This document shows, one piece after another, positions 1 through 13,982 of a stretch of 64,000 nucleotides of DNA. The position numbers and the translations under genes were made by a program. How positions within the stretch are numbered: the stretch's first letter is position 1; every line of letters begins with the position of its first letter. Source of the stretch: Mytilus trossulus. Lineage: Eukaryota. The notes under the pieces are model-generated. The model searched no databases. It was given only the letters and a program-made list of their open reading frames with translations, and had not been told where the DNA came from. The stretch covers positions 50,840,001 through 50,904,000 of the forward strand of contig NC_086381.1 in NCBI RefSeq assembly GCF_036588685.1, given 5' to 3'.

Positions 1-215
1 CGTACGGTATTTAAGTGTGTCTGACAGGAGTTGCATCACTGGTATCTTGATAGCTTCGTTGGATAGAATGCTACCTAATGCAAATTAATATGAATACATC
101 TGTTAAATTATTTCGGTTTGAAACAATCTTCTTGGAAAGTATGCAACTGTTTGATAACTGAGTTGTTATAATAATCTTCAAAACAGTTCAATATTTCTTA
201 AGTGTAGTATAAATT

Positions 216-352
216 AAAATCACAAAAATACTGAACTCCGAGGTAAATTCAAAACGGAAAGTCCCTAATCAAATGGCAAAATCAAATGATGAAACCATCA
301 AACGAATGGACAACAACTGTCACATTCCTGAATAGGTACAGGCATTTTCAAA
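216..352. repeat. High-copy short interspersed repeat (further copies on the other strand at about 2530-2678 and 24300-24500)
   Basis: AAAATACTGAACTC.GAGG.AAATTCAAAA..GAAAGTCC ... GACAACAACTGTCA.ATTCCTGA is shared by three loci. Confidence 0.75.
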
Positions 353-3300
353 TATAGTATTTGAATGTACAATATATCAAGGTATTATACATGATCATGT
401 ATACTTTTATGTGCATAAGGTCGATTTCTATTCGACGCACCTCTTATCATAGTTCAATTATTAATGTGTTTTGCTGTTGGGAGTCCACTTCCATACCATA
501 TATAGTAATTGGTATATCTTTTGCACATTTTTCTAGTCCTGCAGTACCTTGTTTTTTGTTACATCTTGTTATATATATATATATCATTATCATACCAATC
601 ATACTGCGCATGCATCTCCTTAATCAGGTCTGATACCTATTTACGATAGTAAAGAGACACTATGTTTTTTGTTCTGTGAATTATCAGTCCATTCATTCAT
701 TCATTCATGCATTCGTTCGTTCGTTAGTTCGTTCATATGTTTGTAATTCTGTCTGGCTTTCCTTTATAAGGTTGTTTGGTGTCACTTTTCATTACTAGTA
801 TACATAAACTATCTAATATAGTTATGTCAGTTTCAATAAAAGCAACAATTTCACTGCACTAGCTGCACATTTCAGCAATTAATGTCTTTCCAGTAATGTT
901 CAAGGCCAAAATATATGTCGTTAAATCCAAAACATGATACAAGTATTGACGAGCTGATTAAAACAAAAAGGACCAAAAGTAACCCTAACCCTGAGAAGGA
1001 ATCGAAAGTTGGCATGAAGATTGTTTTTAATTAAAAAACAGTTCCAAAATTTTACAACAGAAAATGAATTACTATCTTGAATTATCAAGTTACAGAGTAC
1101 TGGATTGGTGGTAGCGGTTGTAACAAACAATCCACCAGTTGGGCTTACTAATATCAATGGTCGTTATAACATTTTAAGTACCAATCTGAATGCACCAGTT
1201 ACACAATTCGACATTAAATGTATGTTCAGTGATGCTTAAAGCCAAAATATTTTGAAAGTCAAAATCTTATAAAATTGTTGCAGAGCTGATCAAATAAAAA
1301 GGACCAGAAGTTATTTGATCCATATTTCCTAATCCACGTAATATGAAAGACAATAGTGTGTGAAGGGCACGGGGACCTATGGAAACATATGAATTTTCTT
1401 TAAATTAAGTAGCTGGGTATTTACGTACGTAGATTTTTTTTATATGAATAAAACAAGTAATTGGTGAATTTTACAGAATTATACAAAAACAGAAGACATA
1501 CATATTACAGACATGTCTTATACTATGTTTTGTTCTAAATCTCCCAATAATTTTAATATAATTTTTATTATATTTTATGGCAAATAAAGGCAACAATAGT
1601 ATACATGAAATTGTGGTAAAAACTTTGATATTCATTGGTTTTTATTAATAATTAATAATTGTCATTGTTCATGGAATATCATGGCGATAATTATCCCTCT
1701 AGACATACCATTTCAATGTGCCCTTTTTGTTATAGTATGAGCTTCAATAAAAGTGTTATTGACGGAATCTTGGCGAGTATTATCCCTCTAGACATGTGTT
1801 CTTTCTTGTTTTATTATGACCGTAAAATAAAAGTCTTATTGCAGAAATATTGGCGAGTTTAAATATACCTCTAGTCATACTAGTGTTATAAAAGGATTAT
1901 TGGTGAATATTATTTCTCAAGACATGACATTTAAGTGTGTCTACTCTTGTTTGAGTATTGCCAAACAAAATAAAGGGCAACTGTAGGAGTATTGGTAAAT
2001 TTTCTTTCTTAGATTGTTTGAGTATTGCCTTAGATTTGGAGTATTATTGGTACCCTCTCTATATAAATTGTAATAAACAAGTATGTTCAAGATTTACAGT
2101 ATAAATCAATTGAAGTATATAAAGTGTGTTTTTACTGTTTACCTCTTTATTTAGTAAATATCACTTTATCTGTATGCTTTCTTTTTATTCCCTGCCATTT
2201 CTATAATATTGCCAAACCAGGATGTTATTTAGAACATGATTATTTCTGCTATTAAATCGATCCAGATAATCAGTTAAAATTTTAAATTATGTATAGCTGA
2301 AGATATGTTTTAGTTATTTATCAAGCATGCAAGTCGGTATATATGATTTAATCTGCACGGCTCGAGTGACCCTGATTAACCCGAACGATTATAATAAAAT
2401 TGATTTTACAATAAATTAAAAATTATACTGCTGCACATGCAATATGAACTTCAATAATCTTTGACTGAATGTTGAATTGAAATCAATTATAAAATTTGTA
2501 TTGTTTGATCCATAATTTTCTACGTTAGAAAAAGCATGTACCGTGTCAGGAATATGACAGTTGTGATCCATAATTTGATTCCTTTGATGTTTTTGAGCTT
2601 TTTAGTTTGCCATTTGATAAGGGACTTTCCGTTTTGAATTTTCCTCAGAGTTCAGTATTTTTAAGATTTTACTTTTTGTCTTTTTCTATCCATTAAAAAC
2701 CAAAAGGTAACCATTTTGCTAATATAAATTTAAAACTTTGTAAATGTGTTTTTTATGTTAAGATGAACATATTTAGATGGTAAGTAAAAAATCGCTGACT
2801 TTCTTCTTAAAACAATCATTCAAAATAACTATCTCATCTATCATGAAAACTAAAATAAATTATATGAAAAGAACAGTTAGTGTGAAGATAAACATTATTT
2901 CCATTTCCTCGGTTTTCAGAAGGCTGATATTAGGAATATATGAATTATCATTGGCCTCAAAGGACAAATTTCATCCATTTTCTTTTTTTTTACTAGTATA
3001 TAATTATGATAACATAATACAAAAGTGAAAGATGGGAAGAGCAAGTATATACATTAGTGACAAGATTTACACTAGGGCAAGCATTACTGGGTCAACCGAA
3101 GTATTTGCTTGTTGGTATATATGCCTTAAAATGACAATAAATTATATGTGTTTCCGCTAAACTTTGAAAGTCACTGAGTGTATGCAGTCTTAACCTTGTT
3201 ATATAATACCAAGCAGATATATGGGTCATTTTCAAAAAATGTCGAATTTTGAAATTGAAAATATTATTAAGTTTCTTATTTTAACAACCATCTACATAAG

Positions 3301-6300
3301 CAAATCAAAACAAACAGTACTTTAAGAACAACATATTAAAAGATGCAATCGTAATGATGTCATACAAGAATATCTTGAACCATTGTTTGATCGGTGGTAC
3401 AATATTTTGTCTATCCTGTTACCATTTTCAATAGAAATTTTGGGTTATTAAAAAAAGGTTTAGATAAAATGTTAAGCTTGTTTTACGTAGCCAATGAGAT
3501 GGTTTTCAAGAGAATAAACTTCTATATATATTCATTCTGTAATATAATAGATTATTTGCCAATTAACCAGGGTGTGCGTCTGAAAAATGCCTCTAAAAGT
3601 TGTTTTACAAAGTTGTAAAAATTACCACCAGTAATGCAAGTCTAAGATAGAAATTTATATTGTTCGGCATTTTTTCACCTTTTCAAATAAACCCAACATC
3701 AAGTAAATCCCTCGTAAGTTAGTTTACTTTTCTCTGTATTTCATTGGTAACAGGAACGTTCGTTTCTGATATATCACTTAGTCTATATAAAAGTCTATCC
3801 TGTTACCTGTTTGTCTATCCATGCAGCTGGTTACCGATATCAGTATTGCACCTGCAAATGCTTAATTGGGATCCAGGGAAGATTTTAAAGACGTTATAAC
3901 ATTAAGATGAGTTCAACGAAGTATTTCATTCGTTTTGCACCTATATCAAGTATATGTAAAGATAACAAATTTAACGAAGTTTTTGTCTACAATTGTCTAT
4001 CCTGTTACTGTTACCATAGCAACTATAGTAACAGTTATTTTTTTATTACATATTTGATTTTATCAGGCAAAAAATAGCAAATGTTCATCAAACTGTAAAT
4101 ACGGGATCAAAACTGTATCGTATGCCCTTAAGTAGCAGTAACAGGATGGACATGAACCTCCCGTAGGCTGATTCAATTTAGTTTGTAGATAATATGTTAC
4201 AATGATAAAGAAGCTACGATTTTTCGTTAGAGAAATAATTAACGTTCTTAAAAAGTCCCTTTTGCAGATATCAAGGCGATCAGAAAATCGAGAAAAAAAT
4301 CATTTGAAATGTGTTTTTCTGACAATGTACGCATACAAATTTATACCCCCAAAATCGGACTTAAATGCAGTTTAATCTTATCAAAATAGATGTAAGATGT
4401 GTTGATTATTAATGTTCTGAATCACAAATCCGACAAGCTTTCATTTAGACCATTACAACTGAAATTTCCATTAGAAAAAACCTGTTTATGATTTTTACGG
4501 GAAATCTGTGTTGTTTCCCTTGAAATTATCTCCCTTTTTCTATTTCATGTCGTGGAATAAAATTTCATCACTGCCTCCTGATCCACATGGCTTGAGTTTC
4601 ATGTTGTCGTTTAACATCTTCACAGACAAATTGTAACACGTCATATCTTAAAGGTAAAGAGGTGAAAATGAATATAGAAAATATCGTCATAGTCTTTATA
4701 TAAAAAGGGGGGATGTATCAACATTCTGTCAAAAAAATTGCTAGTACACCATCTGTAATAAAACTCAGTAAAGAACATTTTCAAACTTTACTCTCACAAT
4801 TTGCTTTAGTATAATGTTTGTGTCTGGTGTATGTACAACAAAAAATCAATGAGATATCGTATGACAGACTGAGACCCAGACATGACAGATGTGTTGTTTT
4901 TATTTATTTACAATATTATTATTTTTATTATTTACAGTGCTTATACATGTTATATAGCACTTATCTAAATAAACATTTACTCTAAGTGCTATACAATGCA
5001 TAAATAAAAAAGCAATGATACAAGTACATAATTATATAAACAAAATTAAAAATCTATGTGTAAATAGTTCAACATGTTCAATAGAATATTTTTTTTTATA
5101 GAAACCGCAAAATATACAACTCCAAATATGAAAATCAAAAATTATTCATCAAAAACAATTTTAAAAGATAGATAAATTTTGAAAAATATTAAAAAGAAAA
5201 TCAACAGAAGAGCTTCAAATCATCACAAATGTTTCCTTACAACATGTACAATACATTTATTGTGATGATGATGTGTGCATGAAATATTTGCCACTGTACG
5301 TTAATCAACACACTCACCCAATACTCTAAATGAAGAAAATAATATTCTGTGTAGCCTTGGCAACAAGTGTGCATTTCTAAATACAAAATATTTTAAAAAG
5401 TGGGTGAAGTCCCCAAAATTGGTTCATAGTAGAATTTCAAACCATTTGAGATGAAACCATGGACATTTATTTAAAAAGAGGTCAGATAAAAATCAAATGC
5501 ATTTCTCTTGTATTACATTAAATGGAATTTCAGTTACTAATTATATATAATTATAGATTATCGTTAATCATCTCAACAAGATTGATTTTCTCTCTCAATG
5601 ATCATCTGTTTATCTATATATTTTACCTATGGCAACGTGAATGTCATGTCAATTTCCTTAGCAACGCTACGTGCCTCCTTAGTTTCTAGCAATAATTTTC
5701 CATCTCAAGTGAGTAGCATGATATGAAAAATTATCACAAAAAAAGATTAAAGGAAAAATGCACAAAATAGCAATAATTTCAATCATCATGATTATAAATA
5801 CAAGTTGGAAGCATTCTTTAAACTAAATTCTTACATCAACTAAATCTAATAAAATCTAAGACATGTAAGAAATTTAGTTTAACTTGTTTTTTTCAAGAGA
5901 TTGTTTTTTACTGAAAAATCCCAAATACTAATTCAAATTACAATGATTATTGAATTTATTGCACTGATTTATAGTTTGGATCCTGTTTGGAATAAACTGG
6001 TATATGATTTCGATTAGATGAACATGATGAAGAAATATATGTAGGTTGACATGGTTTGAACATTCAATATCTCATTTCAAAGTTACGAATTCCTCTACAA
6101 AATTAGAGGTTTGTGTGTATCAATGTGACAGTCATGTTCCCCATCAAGGGCTCATAATTTTAACAACAAATGTTCTTAAATTCTTATGTATTTTTAAGAA
6201 GTTACATTTTAAAAAATTTGAGAAACTAAAAATTTACAAAGGGAGATATATCTGGTTATATGTTCAGATCTATAACTACACAAGCTCAAGCCTCATAAAT

Positions 6301-6569
6301 TTACAACCTAATAAAGAGAATTTGACACTTCTAATAATATTTTTAACAAAATACAATGTTATTTGTTGATCATATTGATAGGTGGCATAACTTTTTTACC
6401 AACCAACCCTTTCTAAGCAATTTTTGAAAGGCAAATGTACAGCTTTGTCAATCAGCACCAGATATGACAAAAGTCCTCTGGTCACAGTAAGGCTCACTTA
6501 CATATTATTTTTTTTTTCATTCTACTGTATTTTATTCGTAGGCTGGATAGTTCAATGTAAAGAATAAAC

Positions 6570-9500
6570 ATGGAAGGTCTAGGATCTGTGCAACAGAAGA
6601 TTTCATGTGTGTTCAAGACAGCAGTTTTAGAAGAACAATCTAACAAAAGAACTTACCAACCATATAAAGTTGTAGCTGTTGATGAAATTAGACCACAGGC
6701 CATAGAAGATAACATCAGGGTAGCTAGGGCTACAGAAAAATTAGATGGGACTTGTGTTTATATTGCAGAATTTTGTGGTAATTTTAAAATTGATAAATTA
6801 TTAATAATTAAAATTGACAACAACACTTCAAAAGATCTGCAATTTTATTATCTATGTCTACATGTTTCGCCTGCAAGGCAGGCTTCATCAGGACAATTTT
6901 TATACAGAAATTGAGCCCCTGAGGTACTCAAAGTGGTGCATTGAATTTGACGTTGTCATGGTGAGAGAAACAATGAAAAGTGAAAGTAGCAATACAGAGT
7001 TATAAATAGATAAGATAAATATAGAAAATTAAAGTTTGTATACAATGTAACTTGAGTTCGTTTTACTATTATATGATACATGAAATTGTTCTAAAGGCTT
7101 GGCATCTAATAGGACGAACTTCCCATGGTTCCTACCACTTGGCAAGGCTTCTCTTCCAACCTGGCCATAGTTGGAGGTTACTACTTCCCGGCGCGTCGGC
7201 AACAATAGGAAGATTATGATCTCCGCTGTGGATAATAAAATTGTCAAAAACTGATAAATTATTAGTATAATAGTCCAAGATTTTTTAATTTTAGTTTTAT
7301 TTAAAAAATGAATAGAGCTAGAATATGAATAAAAATTGAATGTTTTTATGTTTAATGTTTTAAACATAGCAAATAGATCATGTTGATTATTTATGTTTAC
7401 ATGTTTTTAGGAAAACCTTGGTTGTGGGCAAGGCTAGACAGAAAACCAAACAAAAGTTCAGACAAAAAGTTCAAGAAGTTCCATAATCAGAAACAGCAAT
7501 GGCTTAGAGATGGCAAACAAGGATCAGAACCAACATTTCAGTGGAATGTTTTGACAGATTTTAAGGCAAGATAAATTCTGATGCCAAGCATAGTGAAATA
7601 CACTTAAGGTGGTACCTAACACTACAGGGAGATAACTCTGTAAAGTCGGTTTAACGTTTTAATTACGTTATGTTGTAAAAGGAATATTAAGCTTCTCAAT
7701 GATCAAAATTGGTGTTTGTCAAATTGCTATATATAACCAGTGTATTTTTTCTGACAAAACGGTTGGTTAAACTTTTTTAAAAATTTTATATTTTTGTTAA
7801 AGTGTCAAAGTAAATACTTTGACAAAATTTCATGAAAATTAAACGAGCCAAATTAATTTTAGTGAAAGTGTTAGGTACCACCTTAAATGATTGATATGAG
7901 TCATTTTAAATAGTTCCTATATATATTTATATTAAATAGAGGAAAGGATAAACATAAGTAAACATTTTGCTGCACTAGTTGCTAAAAATATATATGCGAT
8001 CAAACAAAGTCAAACAAAATTATGAAAGTATGACAGGTAAATGTAATAAGAAGATTTGGTATAAGGGCCAATGAGAAAACTCAAGTTACAATGTGTAAAA
8101 GTAAACAATTATAGGTCAAAGTACAGCCTTCAACATGGAGTCTTAACTGATGCAGAACAAAAAAATTTAAAGGGCCTGACAATGACTAGTGTTAAACAAT
8201 TCATATGGGAAAACCAACAGTCTAATCTATATGAAAAACAAGAGATGAGAAACACTTATGAACCACATCAACAAACCACAACCACTGAAAAACAGGTTAC
8301 TGACTTAGGACTGGTGCAAAATGTGTTAATATTAAAAAAAAAAAAAGAAGAAGAAAGAATAAGATTACATTGATCATGTCTTTAACACATCCATATAATT
8401 AGGATGAGATATTTGTTTGTTACCATTTATACAGCTAATCTTCAAACCAAATCTGTTTCTATGATAGAATTTAGTAAAGATTTGAATTAAAGAAACCCTG
8501 TCTTCAATAAACTGTGAGTCATATGCATGTAGTTAAGGTTCTCCTTAAATTTGGAGTGAACTTACAATAGTTTTCCACACAGGATTAGTATATTTTCAAC
8601 AGTGCCAGTATATTTAGTGTCTTTAGCGAGCTGCATAATCTAATGCAAGTGTTATGAATGTTGTATAAAAGTTTCCTTCAATGAGGTCAATAAGTTAACG
8701 TAAGGGTACCCAAATTGCACCGAGTACCCAAATTGCACCTATTCAGAAAAAATAGCAACGGAAATCTTACAAGATTTCCAAGAGACTAAACAATTTGTAT
8801 TTTTATGATTTGTTACTGTGCACGTCTTTCAACATAGGTAAACATATTTAGATATATACAAAACGTTCACAGTATTTATCAACAGATGGACTGTTTACTG
8901 AAAAAGCAAAATGTACAAAAACGTCACCATGCGACGACATCAAAACGTCATCTTTTTAAAATTAGCAAATACAATATATTACAAGTATCCATTTCGTAAA
9001 ATATGAAAAGTAAGCATGGACTAATATCCAATTGTTCAAAAATATTTGAAGAAATTAAACATAAGCTCAGTTATTAGACTTTTGACGATGTGAATTTAAG
9101 CATGGATGCAATTTGGGAACTCCTCATTACAGAATCATGGATAGTTTTGAGGTTGATTCAAACCCATTTTTTTATGACTCAATATGGATTAAAAATCAAA
9201 CTGGTGTACCTATACAATAAAGAAGGATAGGGCTACAAAATAAGCACGGTATGGACATTTTTTTCTTGATAAAAAAAAAACTTAGGTGAAAAAACTGTCA
9301 AAATAGGTGCAATTTGGGTACCGTCACGTTAGAGTTACAATGTATCTTTAATTTACCAAAACAAAATTTCAGGAAGTTCCCGAAAACTGGATTCCATCAT
9401 CTGGTGTCCCACTTATAGACGGCTTGCCTCAACCGGATGAAAACGGGCATATTCCAGGTAATTTTTAAGTTCCTTTGAAACTTATTGAATAAAAGTACGT

Positions 9501-12500
9501 TTTTATTTCTATTATTGCACAAGAAATTTAAGTTGTGAGTTCAAACTCCGTTCATGGCATGGTGTGTTAAACTCCAATCTTAATTGATAAAGACCACTGG
9601 TGGCCTTGGGCTGTTTTCTGCTCTTATGTCGGGTTGTTGTCCCTGACACATTCCTCATTCCATTCTCAATTTCAGTGTTCACCCTAAAGGGGGTCTCATT
9701 GGGGGGTTCCGATCCCGGATCCCGCTTACTGTTTTGTCAGATTCCCGTATCCCAGTTACACTATGTACGTAACCAATTCTTATTGTCATTTTTTGTCATT
9801 TCCCGGGTCCCGCAAGACCTCATTTCCCGTTTTCACGACACAATAATTTGACTTTCATGTTTCACGCTTACGAAAAATCGGCAATCCTGCGTCACGCTTA
9901 GACCCCAATGAGACCCACCCTAAATTTCCAATAAGATTTTAACTAGAATTCTGCTTAAATTAAAAAAAAGTGATAAACAAATTTTACATAATCATTCCTG
10001 AAAATATTTACCACTGATAGTTTGAATCTGTTTCTTCAGGTATAAAACTAATTACTTAAAGAAGATAATAATTTTGTATAAACATGCAGCAAAATATTAT
10101 CATCAAATATACTGTGCAGAAAATTTGTGTTTCATTGATATTAGATGGGAGATAACTCTAAATAGTTTGCTGGATAAAAAAAAGAAAATCCATAAAACAC
10201 ATGTTAACTTTGTATAAATATTTGTAATATTATTCTGTTTTCTAGGATGGGTACCAATTGAACAGAAATTCAAGCAGTACATTTGGCATATGTCATCAGT
10301 AGATCTTGATCATGGTTTAGGTGTGGTTCTCAGGTAATACATTATGCTTGATCATGGTTTAGGTGTGGTTCTCAGGTAATATATTATGCTTGATCATGGT
10401 TTAGGTGTGGTTCTCAGGTAATATATTATGCTTGATCATGGTTTAGGTGTGGTTCTCAGGTAATATATTATGCTTGATCATGGTTTAGGTGTGGTTCTCA
10501 GGTAATATATTATGCTTGATCATGGTTTAGGTGTGGTTCTCAGGTTATATATTATGCTTGATCATGGTTTAGGTGTGGTTCTCAGGTAATATATTATGCT
10601 TGATCATGGTTTAGGTGTGGTTCTCAGGTAATATATTATGCTTGATCATGGTTTAGGTGTGGTTCTCAGGTAATATATTATGCTTGATCATGGTTTAGGT
10701 GTGGTTCTCAGGTAATACATTATGCTTGATCATGGTTTAGGTGTGGACCGTGTGGTTCTCAGGTAATACATTATGATTGATCATGGTTTAGGTGTGGTTC
10801 TCAGGTAATATATTATGCTTGATCATGGTTTAGGTGTGGTTCTCAGGTAATATATTGTGCTTGATCATGGTTTAGGTGTTGTTCTCAGGTAATACATTAT
10901 GCTTGATCATGGTTTAGGTGTGGACCGTGTGGTTCTCAGGTAATACATTATGATTGATCATGGTTTAGGTGTGGTTCTCAGGTAATACATTATGATTGAT
11001 CATGGTTTAGGTGTGGTTCTCAGGTAATATATTATGCTTAATCTTTATGAATGTGTGTTGCTTAGAATGCATGGTCCTCTGTTTTAAATTAATAAGCATT
11101 GTAAAAGATTGTTAAAAATTGAGTGTTTGGAACATTAAAGCAAATTTGTAATCTGAAAATTTGGCAGGAAAATTGCTCTAGATTTTTCATACATTTAACA
11201 TTTACAGCTTTTTTGCTCACCAGGCCTAAATGCAGCAACAAAATAATAGATGCTGTGTTTATATGCAAAAATCTTCATTATAGAAAAATAGATTATCTCC
11301 CCTTGTCATTAGGCTATGATTTTGTTTTTAAGGAAAACAGGTGAAAAACTCGTTTTAAAACAGAAAACAAATAAGATGGTGTTTGAAAATACTTATCTAT
11401 TTCAGGGAAGATAGTGAAAGACCATCTGACCTTGTGATAGAGGTCAGAGAATTATGTGACCTTTTAGGTCATACAGCAGAGCTGATTGGCACTAATGTCA
11501 ATGCCAATCCTTATGGTATGCATAACCTCTGTTTCCTTTTTATCAGATCACATGTCCCAAAGGGCCAAATGAACTTTTCTCATCAGTTGCCCACTCTACT
11601 TTTATACTTTTGATCGTTTTGGAAAATTTCTCACATAAATTTTCAATAGCTTTATCATCAAAAAAAATTATAAATTACTTTATGCTTGTTACAACAGAAT
11701 TGTAAATAACATTTTTATCCTTAATGCTTGTCTATCAAAAAGCAAACAGTAGTAAATGTTCATTAGGTATCATGACGATCAAAAGTTGAAACATAATAAA
11801 CAAAACTCTATTATATGATTATAGTTTTTTTTTCTCTAGAAAAAATAAAACATAGCAGATCAGTAAAATAAATCAGAATCAAGGATCTGGATTTTTTTGC
11901 ACACTATTTTGGTTATTTTTAGATGACTTAAAAGTTGATGCTTGTGATCCGTGTTGGGTAACACAGGTAAAATTAGTATTTATTAGCAATATATTTCCTG
12001 AAGGTATTAATATAGTTATGACGAGGGCCCTTAGGATATGAATACTACATTAGAGTGGCAGTTTTATTGCAGGAAAGTGATATTATAATAAAGACAAGTA
12101 CAAAATGGCGATCAAGATTTATCTTAACGAAATCTTAACGAAATGATCGAAATTATTTCTGTAAAAGTTATTTTTGTTCTAAATCCCTATCTTTCTTTTA
12201 GATTTCAGATTCCATCTTGTCTGGCAAATATGACCGTTTCTGGACCCTTCCGTACTAAATCCAACATTTTTTGGTATATTTTAGGCATTGGAAACAAAAA
12301 GAATCCACATCACTTTCTAGTCATTCATGGCTCAGTAGCTGTTAAAAATCCACCAATCTTCAAACTAGATAGTGTAAAGGACTGGTTTGAATCATCTGAT
12401 AGTAATGGCCGTGTAGAAGGTGTGGTGTGGCACTGCCCTGCTGGTGTTCTGTATAAAGTAAGTAATTTCAGCACTCACAATTGTTTTGAATTAGAGTTAA

Positions 12501-13840
12501 GTTGAATCCTATTGATTTGATTGCATTATTAATTTGCTGTAGGGGGTCTCGGTGGCTGAGTGGTCTAAGTTGTTACTACTGTAATCACTAGCCAGTCAAC
12601 ACTTCAATCTTAATTGACTTGAACTACCAGATATCCTATCAAAGGTCAGTGGTTTTTCCCTGGCACTCTGGCTTCCTCAACCACTAAGAACTGGTCTTCA
12701 AGAAATAGCCTAAATGCAGTGCTTAATAGGGCGTTTAAACACCAAAAATTAAAAAATAAATTTGCTGTAGTATTGATTTTTATCAGTCGTGTCTGTTACT
12801 AATCACTCATTAGAAGTTATAATTTGAAACAAAACTCTTAAATCCAGAAGCACCAAACCTAAATGTTTTAACTGTTTTACTGACTATCAATTTTAGGTTG
12901 ATAGTCCCAAATATAAAGCTTTACTTCAAGTATCGCATTTAATTTACATGACACAAGAAAATGAGGTCAAGGTCAGATAAAACCAGAAATACATGTACAC
13001 CTTAGTCTTTATAATCATTACATACACCAAATATAGAAAACCCTATTGCTTAAAGTGTCTGAGATATGTACATGACCATGAAAACTTAACCTTGTTCATT
13101 GATCCATGAAATAAGGTTGAGGTCAGATAAAAACTGTCGGATAGGTACAAGGACCTTGCAAGGTATGCACATATAAATAAAACATATACTGACATGTACA
13201 TCATAAAATATTCATGATATTGTCATACACCAAATATAGAAAACCTATTGCTTATAATATCCGTGCAAGCTATGCACATACTAAATATAATGACACTATT
13301 ACTCATAATAGAAAGAAATTATCAGAACAAAAATTTAATTCTATATCAAGTAGTCAATTAGCCAGGAAAATGAGGTCAAGAACAATGAACATATGACAGA
13401 AGGAACCTGCATAAAATAAGGCATATATACAAAGTATGAAGCATCCTGGTTTTCCGCCTTCTAAAATATAAAGATTTTAAGTTAGCCAGACACTATCGAG
13501 CTTTCTCTAGTTGCAGTGGCAGTGATTCAGTTATTACTTAAAGGATGAATCACATTGATGTGGCATAAGTCCACAACCTTGCATTGAAATTCTTTGATAA
13601 TGCAAATAATTGTTTTTTTTATTATTACAGGTTCATCGACATCATCTGAATCTTTCATGGCCGATCAAGGAACCACAACTCTCCTGTCGTAAAATTCATA
13701 TTTGTGTCGATGTTTCAAAGTATGAGTTATCGTACGATAAAAAATCAATATTCACAGAGTTGGCAAAATTCCAAGGACTGTCATGTGACTCTTTGATGAA
13801 TATTCATGAATTATTCATGGAGGAAAATGAAACAAGATAG
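6570..13840 (+). CDS. RLIG1: RNA ligase 1 (C12orf29 homolog), 7 coding exons, 342 aa
   Basis: Exons 6570-6777, 7411-7565, 9373-9457, 10246-10333, 11406-11515, 12285-12457, 13631-13840 join in frame (1029 nt). The protein has [15 protein letters not shown], ligase motif [10 protein letters not shown] (KxDG), [36 protein letters not shown] and EGVVWHC...[12 protein letters not shown], all matching C12orf29/RLIG1. An acceptor at 6540-6541 implies an upstream non-coding exon. Confidence 0.95.
7608..7882. mobile_element. MITE with TTAA TSD (Kolobok-like, GG..CC termini)
   Basis: TIR GGTGGTACCTAACACT / AGTGTTAGGTACCACC with TTAA on both sides; a degenerate relative lies at about 15095-15340. Confidence 0.85.
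8696..9331. mobile_element. MITE with ~30-bp imperfect TIRs
   Basis: TAACGTAAGGGTACCCAAATTGCACC ... GGTGCAATTTGGGTACCGTCACGTTA; the GTACCCAAATTGCACC motif is repeated subterminally. Confidence 0.8.
9689..9916. mobile_element. MITE, 8-bp TSD (hAT/P-like), copy 1
   Basis: TIR GGGTCTCATTGGGG / CCCCAATGAGACCC; TSD ACCCTAAA. This element explains ORF 9600-9851. Confidence 0.85.
10305..11039 (+). repeat. 42-bp minisatellite, 17 copies, each made of the last 29 nt of RLIG1 exon 4 plus its 5' splice site
   Basis: Unit CTTGATCATGGTTTAGGTGTGGTTCTCAG|GTAATA(T/C)ATTATG. Units 11 and 15 carry a 9-bp insertion, giving a 177-bp higher-order spacing. Confidence 0.97.
12880..13520 (+). mobile_element. Degenerate Helentron-associated (HINE-like) element
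   Basis: Shares GAAAATGAGGTCAAGG core repeats and flanks with the copies at 40924 and 59815. Confidence 0.7.
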
Positions 13841-13982
13841 CACATTAATTTTGTGTATTTATTTATTCTGTCATGTATAAAATCCAAAAAAAAAGAAATG
13901 TGTTGGAGTTTTTGTCAGACACTTGACAAAAGTGATTTTGAACATAATAGATACAAGGTCATAACAAATTACACATCATTAA

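Larger units (their letters stand above)
7566..9372 (+). other. Non-canonical GC-AG intron of RLIG1
   Basis: The exon ends GAT TTT AAG|GCAAGA. No GT lies between the conserved DFK codons and the in-frame TAA at 7572-7574. A phase-0 join to cag|GAAGTT gives [11 protein letters not shown], matching the homolog. Confidence 0.8.

Noticed and set aside
4560-4660. Possible RLIG1 5' UTR exon ending AAG|GTAAAG at about 4653
   Set aside because: Plausible, but a single donor-like motif is too little support without transcript data.
361-6369. ORFs 361-633, 921-1157, 1659-1862, 2777-3028, 3394-3618 and 6046-6369
   Set aside because: AT-rich, low-complexity translations, mostly with non-ATG starts; no recognisable domains or coherent splice structure.
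10305-11039. CRISPR-like regular array
   Set aside because: There are no unique spacers, the units are head-to-tail copies of an exon end, there are no cas genes, and the context is eukaryotic.
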